The position numbers and the translations under genes were made by a program. A stretch of DNA of 64,000 bases from Bugula neritina. Taxonomy: Eukaryota > Animalia > Bryozoa. The DNA is taken from positions 3,256,741 to 3,320,740 of the forward strand of contig OZ037768.1 of the NCBI GenBank assembly GCA_964035545.1, given 5' to 3'. Positions 47,884 through 59,926 of this stretch are shown here, in pieces; position 1 is the stretch's first letter, and each line of letters opens with the position of its first letter. The notes beneath the pieces were generated by a model. The model worked only from the letters and a program-made list of their open reading frames with translations, was not told the DNA's origin and did no database searches.

Positions 47884-50800
47884 ATGGCATCGGAAGGATT
47901 TTCAGATTTGCTGCAGAAGGCCGAGGAGCTCTGCTCAACTTTTGACACAGACGTAGAGCTCCCTCGAGTGGAGAGAAGCTTGCAACAAATACTCGATGCT
48001 GGCCAGAAGCTCTGGTCAAAATCTCGCCACGCAGCTAGTGAAGATGCAGTCAATGTGAAAGCGTATGTGTAGCGAGAAGCAATGTTATAACCTAGTTTCT
48101 ATTTTTTATGATAAATAAATAAATGACCACAGCAAATGGTGTGTTCCTAGTTTCCATGACTGTTTTTACGGATGTTCTCTGTTAATCACTTATTTTTTCA
48201 TTTGTTATAGCGCAACTTTGTTGGGACCAAAGGGGTATGGCATTCCTCAGATATCTCAGAAACTTGAGAAGCTGAGCTCTATGAAGACATATGATGCATT
48301 AGAACCAGCTAAAGATACTGATGTGCGAGCTTTTCTTAAGAATGAGAGAGACAATGCTTTGTTGGCCGCCATTGAGGCTTCAAAGAAAAAGGTTTGATAT
48401 ACTTCTTAACAATGACAGCATAGAGTATTGCATTCAATATATTGCATTTAGTTATGATGAATTGAAATTATCAACTCTGCTCTTATAAGTGCCTGAGCTT
48501 CTGCACAATAAGCGATCATGTGGTATGCAGCCAATGATTTGCCAAGATTGGTAAGCAAATTCTATTCAAAATGGCTAATTCTGTAGTATTTTTCCCATTT
48601 ATTGATGGTTCAGCAAAAACATCAACTTTGTTTATTACGATTGTGAAAGTGAATGATTGGTTTTTAGACATTCTCGGAAGCAAATGAAAGACACTGGGAG
48701 AGCATGAGAGACGAGTGGGAGAGAGAAAAGCAAAGACTTCTCAACACACTGCTTGGCTCTCAGCAAGGGGCTTCATTAGATTTCTCACTGGACTATTCAT
48801 CTATTGTGAGTTTCACTCTCATGCGTTTACTGTTACTTATTTTATAATATCTGAGACTTCAATAGACTGGGTTTTATGTAGCCTTGACTTAGGCTTAGCC
48901 ATGTATTTTGCTACTAGTTTCTGACTTCTCTGCACATAGTGTAAATGCTTTGTCAACAGGTTAGAGGTCAGGGGGATAGTTTCATGAGTAGAGGCACTGC
49001 AAGGAGCGCCATGGATGCCACAGAGTTAGCCTATGCACAGCAAATATATATTTATAATGAAGATGTCATTGCGGGTGGTACAGTACCTCCCCTTCTTCTT
49101 CAAATGCTGGATGTAGCCAAAAATCTCAATGATGAGGTAAACTTTTCTCTCTCTCTCTCTCTGTTTACAATTCGTCTGTATAATGGCATTAACCTGTTCT
49201 TTACATCCAACACAGTCCCACAGTTCATGTGTTTGATTGTCAATGTAATAGTAAGAAGTGATGACTATTTCAGCGCGTGAAGGAGTTGTGGAACATGGTA
49301 GAGGCTGTCAGCTCCACCCCCTCCTTGGCAACCGGCAGCATAGCAGCGTCCAAAGAGTCGCCAGAGCTTCACAAATCTTTAGTCACTAATTCTAAGCAGT
49401 ATTTGGAAAAGAGGTAAGATTAGTTATTGCCATCTCTTGCTACACTCATTACATCACTTCATGCCTCAAACCATGGCTATATTAGGAAACTATCTGCTTT
49501 TTATCTGTCAGCCAGGTGTCTTCCGCAATCAGCTGGGTGTCAACACTATCTGAATGACAGGTACTCAGGGAAAGGTGGATGCACCTGGTTGTTATAGTTA
49601 TTGACTGCTGCTCTTTCTGTGAGCGTAAGATTTGATTTGTCTACTTTCAGCTATTTACATCATATTCGCCAAACAATAAACCAGAACCTGCAGTCAGCGA
49701 TGCTGGGAGGTGTTCCAGGGACTGTTCAGCTTGTGAAGAGTTATCTTAACATCGTATTGAGTCAGCAGAACCCTGGACTAGAGGTCAGTGGGTTTGTTAC
49801 GAGGCTCATTGTAGAGATCAGTTTAAATGAGTTCACAGTTTGGTTCTAAGTTAGTCAACAGCTCACAGGGCAGTTAGTGTAGACTGTAGAACTAGTTGAT
49901 CAACAAAACTATTTTTCAAAAGATCCTGTTTCCGAAATGTCATAAATAAACATAAGTATTGTAATACTAAGTAGGGTTAGATATTTGTCTTACATTAGTG
50001 TTATAAGGATAGCAAACTAAGTGCCCTATTGTGCAGCTTGTGAAGTGTGGAACACGGAGACAGCTACTGTGACATTATACTGTGACACTATACTGTAACG
50101 TTGTAGTGTTTAGGTCAGCGGCATTATCTTCTGCATTTATGAATCTGTAGTCATAACAACTGTTTGTGAATTTGTAGTATATGTAGGTTATTGTAGTATG
50201 TGAATTAATGCAAATCTTTTTCTAATCAGGATGGGTTGGTACACGAACAGCCTGTCTGGCCAATGATATACTTCTGCCTACGTTGTGGAGACCTGAGAGC
50301 TGCAGTTTCATTGGCTGAGCAAGCAGCTCCCTCTATTGGTGAATTCAGTGCGTATATGAAGGAGTATGCAACTCACAAGTCTCTCACACTCAGCTCGGCT
50401 GCTAAGATTAAACTACAGTACCGCAGACAGATCAGAAACTCAACTGACCCCTTCAAAAGGTTATTTTACTTGCTGTCTGTATTTATAGCTCCGTATGCAT
50501 AACTTTTAATACAGGTTTGTCTAAATTATGTGTAAATATGTTGATGTACCCTCTGTTATATGCCGGCCTGCAGTTGTCCGCTGTCTTGTAGGCTGGTGTT
50601 TTGTGTAATCGGCTGCTGCGACATCGTCGATGCTCACTCAGGCGTCGCTGAAAAGATAGAAGACTTCCTGTGGCTGAGACTCGCGCAGATTGAGTCCAGC
50701 TCTGAGCATCAGCCGGGGGATGGGGACTCCCTGACCCTCCCCCAACTACAGACACAGTTACTCGAGGAGTTCGGTATGCAGTATGCTACACTACAGAGTA

Positions 50801-53800
50801 TACAGTATACTAGATGTATATAATACAGAGTATACAGTATACTAGATATATATAATATAGAGTATACAGTAGACTAGATATATATAATATAGAGTATACA
50901 GTATACTAGATATATATAATATAGAGTATACAGTATACTAGATATATATAATACAGAGTATACAGTATACTAGATGTATATAATACAGAGTATACAGTAT
51001 ACTAGATATATATAATATAGAGTATACAGTATACAGTATACTAGATATATATAATATAGAGTATACAGTATACTAGAGATATATAATATAGATTATACAG
51101 TATACTAGATATATATAATATAGAGTATACAGTATACCATACTTGATATATGCTCAACATCCATTACTGTATAATTTTCTGCTTCAGGTGAGAAACATTT
51201 CCAGGCCAGCCAAAGACCATACCTGTATTTCCAGGTGCTGCTGCTCACCGGTCAGTTTGAGGCAGCGTTAGAGTTCTTAGGCAGGTATGACAGGTTTCTG
51301 TGTCACGCTGTGCACATTGCGCTGGTGCTGTATGAGCTGAACCTGCTGCTGCTGCCCGCTGACGCGCAGTCACACCTGATTAGCAAGGATCCTGCTGACA
51401 GTCAGCAGTTGAGGAGACTCAACCTCGCCCGCCTCGTCATGATGTATACGAGAAAGTTTGAGGCTACCGACCCGAGGGAAGCCCTCCAGTACTTCTACTT
51501 CCTCAGGTAAACTCCGTGGAGAGACATTTAAGTCAGCGACGATGTGGTTTGCTCAAACTACTTTTGTGACATTATTTCGCCAGTTACTATGACTTTACAC
51601 CATACGATCAGAAAGTAAGTTGTATGTTAGATGTTTGCAAATCAATTGTTAATGAACTTGAAAGGAAAACAATTTAGCAAGACCTGTCTTTCAAATTATC
51701 AAATCACGAATTTTCTCTTAGAAATATGAGTCCCAAAGTTTTTATAGGAAATAAAGTTCATAATTGAGCTGTTAACATGTGTGCAAGGGTGTTGGTGGGT
51801 TTCTCTGTCGGCTGTTGATAGGGTTGTCTGTTGATTCAGTTAACTTTTTCAACCTGTGACTTATGGCTCATTTTCAAAGTAATTTTGTGTTGATTTCTGT
51901 ACTGGTTGAATATCTTAAGCAGTTTACAGTAGCTTTATGCTTCAGCTTTATGCTTTATATTTCAATTATAAAAATTATTGGACACACATTTTACATTTTT
52001 CCCTCTTTTTTTAATAACTTGCATATCTTCGACTTATTGTGGGCATCACAAAACTTCAGCTTACTTGTAAAGTCACACTAGTGTCACATAAGGTGTCACA
52101 CACTAGTGTCACATAAGGTGTCACACAAAGTGTCACAGTGTGTATGTGACTACAGCTGCTCTTATGCTAAATTTTTTGATGCCATATTGTAAGCATTATG
52201 AATCTCAATATCTGGCTTTCTCATTGGGTTTAGGATTTTTAGGAGTGTATAAGTATCAGACTTTTACTTTATGTTGAGTCATGATTGCAAGCTGCTATAA
52301 GATATTGTATTTATGGAATATATACTGTAATATAATGATTATAAAATAGGAATGGTGTTATATTTAAGGAATATAAAGAGTCCTGTGGGAGACAGCAATT
52401 TATTTGCCTCTTCCGTCAGCGAGCTGGTGCTGGAGACGAGAGAGTTTGACATGCTACTCGGTAAAATTGATCGGAATGGCAAGAAAAAGGTATGTTATTT
52501 GTCCTAACTCCGCTCATCATGTCGGCTCAGGGGTAAATAGTGTGACAATGCCTCATTTATTTCATAACCTCTTTGTCACATTCAGCCTAATTTTGTGGTA
52601 GTAATATCAGCTGTGAAAATATATAATTATTTGTGCTTTACTACCCATATTGATTATAGAAATGTACTTAATTTTCCATGGTTGACAAAAGGTCAATACG
52701 ACATAAATTAGTTTCCTTATAAAACGGAAAATTTCTTAGTTTAAGTAGTACAAGTGTGTGGTTGACCAATAAGCAGGTATTTTATCTGGTAGTTCTATTT
52801 AACTGATGATATGCTGGATTAGCTTTGCTGTGCCTTTGATTCATGATAATGATACACTTCTTGCTGGTAATATAGTCAGCATATGTATCGTATGTATACG
52901 GTGTTGTAGGCTGGTGCAATAGATAAGTTTCAAGCAGACACCAAGAGTGTAATAGAGAAGGTTGCGTCTGACACAGAAAGGAGAGGAATGTTTGAGGAGT
53001 CAGTCAAATTGTATGACCTTGCTGAGGTCAGATATTCATTCTATCACTTGATCTCGCAATTGTGTAATTTATGTATTTAATGTATTATGTATGACGCAAT
53101 TATACTAAAGATGGAAGCAAGCTTGGGTCTCATTTAAAGTGCAACTAGATGGTGTGGCGCTATATAGCTGTCTTCATTGAGTTTAGATGGCCGTGAGGTC
53201 CAGCGTGTAGTAAAGAGAAAATGAATGGGCTTTACTATCCATAGTAGAATAAGAAGATGTCTACTATCACTGTTGAGATGACTCATGGTGTGTGGTTGTT
53301 TTTAGTCTAGGGAAAAGGCAGTCAGACTTCTGAGTCAACTCGTAGGCAGACATTTATCAGAGCCATCTGTGGAGGGTTCTGCTAGGAACAGAATCAGCAC
53401 TCTAGCATTTGATGTGGCAAAGAGGTACACTGCTGTCTTGATATATGCACTAAGTGGAGATATGCTCTTGTATTTATATTATGTGTTGTAGTAGTTCTAC
53501 ACATGTATTCATACAACATATTGAAGGTATAAGAGTCGTACAGATCTGTCTAAGCAAACTTCTGGAACCTTCTACTTACTGCTAGATCTGATGCAATTCT
53601 TTGAACATTACCATAAACAAGACTACGACCACGCTCTGGATATAATAACACAGCTGAAGATCATACCCATGTCTTTGGAGACTGTTGAACAAAAAGTCAA
53701 CTCTTTTAAATATTATGAAGAAGAGGTTTGGTTTAATCATCTATATAACTCTCTGATAGAATATGTTATTGTAATATATCTACTCAACACTCTCATATAA

Positions 53801-55122
53801 TTATATGTTATTGTAATATATGTTTACATTATGTTTAGTAAATTTGTCATTCAAGTCTTAGCGGATTAACTTAAAGCGTTTGGCTTGGTCATCATAATTT
53901 AAATTTTTCTGGCCAAAATCATGTAAGCTTGTGCTGTTAGAGTCTTTGCTGATCGCAGCTACTATAATGGGAACCAAAGGTGCAGATGTACTCTTTGTTG
54001 GCACATGGATTGCGACTATGGCGTGTGACCTACAAGCAGCTGTTGTGGTAAGGTATTGTATTGTCCTGTATTTCTACTTTCAGATAAGACAAGCCCTGCC
54101 AGACATATTGCTGGCTACAATGGACACTCTTCATAACATCTATAAGAAAGTGAGGTATGTATGGAACTCAACTGTACTGTTCACAAAGTGAGCTTTTAGA
54201 ATGAGAATAAAAGCAAATCTGCCAACTCTAAAAGCCATTTAATTTGATACAAAAGCATTTATTATTATAGATGATAACATATTATTTGTTGCAAAACAAA
54301 AAAGAATCAGTTTTCATAAATATCACAGGTGAATGTTATAAATCAAGTTATTTGAGTGAAACAATATAATCTTCTCACAAACCTCGAGTACCAAAAATAT
54401 GTGTATGTTCTTTCTGACCGAAGGAATGAAGAGTTTAAATAATAAATTTACAATGTTTGGTTTTGACACTGCTTATGCCTAAAATGACATAAATTTACAC
54501 CAAAGTTTGGGCTCCTTTGAATCGAGTTACAGAAGATTGCCGTAGATATGCACAGACCATTTAGGGCTTCAGAGGCATACATGATCACCTTGTATACTGT
54601 TGATGAATATATTGGCAGTAGATATTTTTCCTTTACAGGCCAGCGCATGTTGGCAGCAGCAGCATGAGTCAACTCAGTCGGTCCTCGCTGTCTGTATCTG
54701 TGGATGATGGAGGACGAGGCACAGTAAGTACACCTACTATGTGACCTTGACACAAACGTAGCTACTTGGAGTAATAAAAAGTGTGCTTGTTTTTGTGAAT
54801 CTTTGTTTCTTGTGAGAGGTTTACTTTAGCATTAAGACTGTTGTGGACATGGGCTGCATAGTAATGATGCAAAACTCTAGATGTCTAGGTTATGTCGTAT
54901 ACTTGTGATTTCATGTCTATTTTTGACAAGCCATTGAATATCTTAAATGAAGGTCTGGGATTATTGAATTTACATCATGCTTATATCCGGTTGATATTGT
55001 AGAAACTGTGTAGCCTCAGAGACAATGCCCGTTCACTTATCACATTTGCTGGAATGATGCCATATCGTCTTCCAGGAGACACCAGTGCTAGGCTCGTACA
55101 GATGGAAGTTTTAATGAATTAA
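47884..55122 (+). CDS. NUP93: Nuclear pore complex protein Nup93 (Nic96), 16 coding exons
   Basis: Begins [28 protein letters not shown], continues [94 protein letters not shown] and [14 protein letters not shown], and ends [31 protein letters not shown]. All junctions are GT-AG and phase-consistent. Confidence 0.97.
50794..51137. repeat. 32-bp minisatellite (AGAGTATACAGTATACTAGATATATATAATAT), about 10 copies
   Basis: Directly visible; fills most of a NUP93 intron. Confidence 0.95.
52072..52140. repeat. Short GTGTCACA-based tandem/palindromic repeat
   Basis: CACACTAGTGTCACATAAGGTGT x2 plus partial copies in a NUP93 intron. Confidence 0.7.
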
Positions 55123-55648
55123 CCTGTTATATATTATATTAAACATATTCTCTCTTCATAATAATGGTGTACATCAGTATCTGCTATGCAATATTATATT
55201 ATATGTAAAACAATGGCTTTAGTTTTTAATTCTTTATTCAGTTTCCTAAAGAGAAATATGCAAATATAGATGCTTCATACAATATAATTAAACATAAACA
55301 TATTCTCCATTTATCGACCATAATAAAATTATAAATGGATTATTTCACCAGTATTAATAGTAATATATATACACCGACAACTAGTAGGCAGTAGATAGAT
55401 GAAGAGGCGGGACGGTTTTGATATATTGGATAAATATGACCGACTAATGAATCAAAAACGTAAAAAATTAATGGCACTCTATATACACAAAGCAATTTAC
55501 AAAATTGCTAAAATCACGAACACCTTCATTGCAGTTTTCCTATATGCATGGATTTGTATGCAATTTACAAGGCAATGTCTAGTTGGTCTGCGTTGTATAC
55601 TGATGACAACACCTGAGACTTGCTGTAGCTCATCAAATAGTGCATGTA

Positions 55649-58600
55649 TTAGGAAGGTGAATCTTTCTCAGATTGACCGTCTCTGTGTGGCTGACTGTCT
55701 GTGGCTGAGGCAGCAGTGTCTAGTCTGAGGGGTGTCACAGTTAAACCTGCAGATAGATCTACTGTCTTGTCTTCTTTCATCTGCAACATATATGAACAGA
55801 ATATCGCAACAATCAACATACATGCCATCTACGCTGTGGGCTTTTGTGGTGGTCTATAGTAGAGATGTTATATCATCAGCTGAATAAAAACTAGTTGTAT
55901 GAACATTTCAAAAGAGCAAGAACAAAACAATTGATTATATTGATGAATCAATTATACACACAATTCACATCAAACACCTCAGAAGCTCCTTCAATTGGTG
56001 CACAGAGTAATTGTCTATATACATACCGCACGGTAATCTAAAAACATCTCTTTAAAGCTAAGGAAATCACTAAATGTTAGCAACATTTCAAATATTTCTC
56101 CTTCCAACTCATCTTTGCGCTGTCTACAAATATTTAATATTAACCAATTAGAGTAAAGTATATAAGACAGAACAGTTTCTACTTCAAAAATACAGTAACA
56201 CAGTGCTCTTGTAGCAAACGCTACCCAAAAATAAGTATAATGTGAAACTTATTCAACGCTAACACATTATGAAGAGTTTTTTACAACCGAATAAACAACA
56301 CCAAGCTTTCATTATTTCAATTATTCTCTGGAAAGGGGTTTAAATATGCCAAGTGTTTACGGTAGGTAGGGGGGGGAGGGTTCAGCAATGCAGGGTTCTC
56401 ATTATAGGCAACATCTAAAACTCACTCTAATTGAGCAGCAAAATCTGTCATATCAAACATTTCTATTCTTGACTCCAGTTCTGTCTCTATGTACTTCTCT
56501 ATCAACTCACACTAAAAATATTGTTACAAAAAGTAAAATAAGAGTAGCACTGAACTAATTCTGTTACATATAGTAAACCGGTTTGAGCCAAAGTTACATG
56601 TAACATAAATATATTATAAAAGGACTTTTCAAAAAAGAAATCTTATTCAACACCATATATCTATAAAACATGAAATATAGTACAAAAAATATAACATACA
56701 TATTCTTTGTGAATATCTGTGTAACAAAATTTATTTTCATCTGTATCTTCAAACTCCAGATAATACTTGTTCATGAAGTCGTCTTGCAGAGACTGAAAGT
56801 CTTCTTCTACAATAGTCATATGTTGATGAGTTTACTCAGCTGGTTTAGCATTCCAGTAACATTATGGGAGCATCTAAATAAATCTTCTAATGCACATACT
56901 CATACGCCTATTATACCATCATCACGTACCTGTAGAACCTACACTCAACAAAACTACCTGATGTAGTTTTTTATATTTGAAATAAAACGCAGTATGGGTA
57001 TTCTATTACATGTATAGAACTGCATTCTTTAATAATAGCAGTGAAGAGGGTTTAATTTCAACAAATGGCATTTTTTTTAAAACAACTGGTTGTATAGAAA
57101 GCTTAATATCTGTTTAATTTTTTTCAAACAAATCGAACACATTGAAATCTTGCTATCTAGATTTTAATGAAATTATGTCAATACAACTTTTTAATAAAAT
57201 TACAAATAACTTCAAAATAAACTTACCCATTATTATATCTTCTATATGGCCTATGACAAGATCAAACCTGGTATCTTTCATGCTTGACCTAGAAGCAAAC
57301 TTATTTGAATTTATCAAATGGCAGAATGTGTCTATACACAACACAACTGCAAATTATTCACCAACATATGGTAAGGCGAGCCAACCACCAGCAAGCAATA
57401 GCAGAGATTTCAGTAAAATTTATGACAGGAGAGAAGGGAATTAGGCTATCCCAGCCACCAACTAAAACTATAACTTCTCTGGAAAAGTTAAGACAGATAG
57501 GCATATAGAGATGCTCAACAATGTGAGTGTATAATCGCATTGATCTACTAAATAATAAAATATCTGACAATTCTCAGTTTTGTGTAATGGTTGCATAAAA
57601 TCAGTTGAGTTGTAAGCAGAATTATAATGATTCAATTTAAACATAATTGCAACATTTCGGCAGTGAAAAGACAGATTCTCTTTTAATTTGATTTTTATTC
57701 TACCTATATGTGAACATCCTTTTCCACTGATACCTATTCACAAGTTGTAGTTTGGTATTCAGGTTGATTACCTAAAGGAGCAGTCATCTATTGTTAATGT
57801 AAGAGATTGTCAGAACTGCAAATAGATAGACTGAGTTATCATACTTACCCAGAACATTTCCTAAAGTATAAGCATATTTTAAATTATCAATTTTACAGTA
57901 GTTTTTTAATTTAAACATCAGCAACATCTTGAACATATTAACTTTTTTTTAAAATAATTATTGAACATACGAAGAAGTTGCAAGTTCCTCTTCCATGAAA
58001 TCCATAGGTTCAAGTTGTAGGTAATGCTTTTCCAACTCTTCTAAAATATAACATGTATTTCCACTGAAAATTACAAAACAGCTTCATCACACTTGACAAA
58101 ATGTTGCACAAATGTAACTGACATTAAAACTTACAACAAAAAAAAGCAAAACGAAAACAAAAAGTGAACTAAAAATTAAAAAAAATCAAAAACGGAAAAA
58201 GAAAGCAGGACTCCACGTTTAAAATTAAATTAACGTTTTAATTTGTCCTTCAATAACTTTAAAAGCAAGTCTTTTACTTGCACTTTGATTTACATTAAAT
58301 TTAAAGAATTCCAAGTTTAGGCTTTGAGCCAATATCCAAATTAATAGTCAATGTCATAGTGATACTGATAGTTACTCTTACTATTAGTATTACTATTAGT
58401 ATTAGTATTAGTGTTAGTATTAGTGTTACTAACTGCTAGACTTGGACTAACACTTAGTATTACATTTACCGTCATAATCACTGCTACTGTCTGTAAGTGT
58501 AAATAAGTTACTGTCAGACTTATTCGTTACTACTTAGAATTACAGTTAGTGTTACTGTTAAAATTTTATTTTTATTTTAAATTTATCATCTTCATAAAAC

Positions 58601-58775
58601 TAATTTGTATAAAATTAAAATATTTTTACTGTTCAAGTAATACAAAACCCTTAAAAACTTGACACTTAAGCAAACTACTACATCTCCCAATGGTGTTTCT
58701 TCCCTGGTTTTAATTACTGATAAAACTCATACCATGATTGTTGTGATGATTTTCATTTTGGTTGTTATCCGCCAT
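55649..58775 (-). CDS. ARL2BP: ADP-ribosylation factor-like protein 2-binding protein (BART)
   Basis: Exons at about 58775-58733, 58041-57971, 57288-57227, 56806-56700, 56511-56426, 56124-56027 and 55780-55649. They give FDLVIGHIEDIIMEEDFQSLQDDFMNKYYLEFEDTDENK..LIEKYIE..GEIFEMLLTFSDFLSFKEMFLDYRA..VDLSAGLTV. Confidence 0.95.
58250..58570. repeat. Promoter-proximal drifting hexamer tract (ARL2BP intron 1)
   Basis: ATAGTC AATGTC ATAGTG ATACTG ATAGTT ACTCTT ACTATT AGTATT ACTATT AGTATT AGTATT AGTGTT. Confidence 0.75.
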
Positions 58776-59000
58776 TTTCAAGCTACACATCTTAGTTGAA
58801 TAAATTGTAACTGATTTGTTATAGTGTTCACATAAAATTGTTATACTGTTATGCGCGTGCAAATCGTCAACTCAGTCTATACTATCTACGCATCACTTGT
58901 GGATAATCGTCTACTTGGAATCAAAGGGCATACACATCACTCTGATTGGAGTTTACTTCTCTTGATGTAGAAACGCGCACCACCTGTGCTTCGCACGATG
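58670..59000 (-). promoter_or_regulatory. ARL2BP promoter region with YY1-like (AAAATGGCGG) and ZNF143/THAP11-like (ACTACATCTCCCA) motifs
   Basis: CCGCCATTTT at 58769-58778 over the start codon, ACTACATCTCCCAA at about 58677, local CpG enrichment at 58850-59000 and ATTGG at about 58945. Confidence 0.45.
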
Positions 59001-59926
59001 AATGTGGAGATAATTATTACAATCGGTAGAAAAGGCATTGGTATAATATAAGGCTAATATTTCCCACTATAAAAATATTCTAGGTGAGAAAGAAACTTTA
59101 AGCTTTACAATTAGAGCCTCCTGCAAAAATAATTACTTCTATAGCTTAGTAAATACTGGAATGCAATGAACAACCTTTAGTGAGACAATGAGTGCAGAAG
59201 TATAAAAATGGAACAATTGCTGCTGGACCATTACTGATAACTGCCATTACATGCAAAAAACTGTTAAAGCACTATAATATGTTTGACAATGACTTCATGT
59301 TACCTTTACACTGACGCCGTAGAAATATGGTTTTATATAAATATGAGACAAAACCACCCCACTTTTTATTTTGATATAAAAGATGACCAGCAAGTGCAAA
59401 CCGTATTGATGAAGTGAGACTAGAACAGGCAGTTCAACAGTTGTTGCCAAAAACATCTACAATAAATCTAAAGCTTACAAAATTATAAGCTGTACTTTAA
59501 AGTGTATGTATTTGTTTTGATTGTGTTAGCAACAAAGACACAGTTAACTAAAGCATGAATCTTTGCTAGAAACATTATAAAATATTAATCAGACCATTCA
59601 ATAGTTTTGCAAATGAAAACCTAAAGTTTATATATCAAAACTGAGAACATAGTTTCTTTCAGATCTACAACTAAACTTAGCTAAGCAGACAGAAGAAAAA
59701 TTGAAGTTTTTTCTTCAAAAGATATTTAACATAACATCCAATCTTAAAAGAGAATGTAAATCAAGTACTAAGAGAAAGCAAAACACTATAGAAAAATATA
59801 AAACATTGGTAAACTTTGATAATGATCAATGATATGAAATTTTCACGGCAGTGTGTAAAACATTCATCTTTACATTACAATGCAGCAGACCATCCTGAAT
59901 AACATAATGAAAATAAAGAGTAAAAA

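Noticed and set aside
48454-48496. Possible C/D-box snoRNA (ATGATGA...CTGA) in a NUP93 intron
   Set aside because: Only about 43 nt between boxes and no terminal stem; likely chance.
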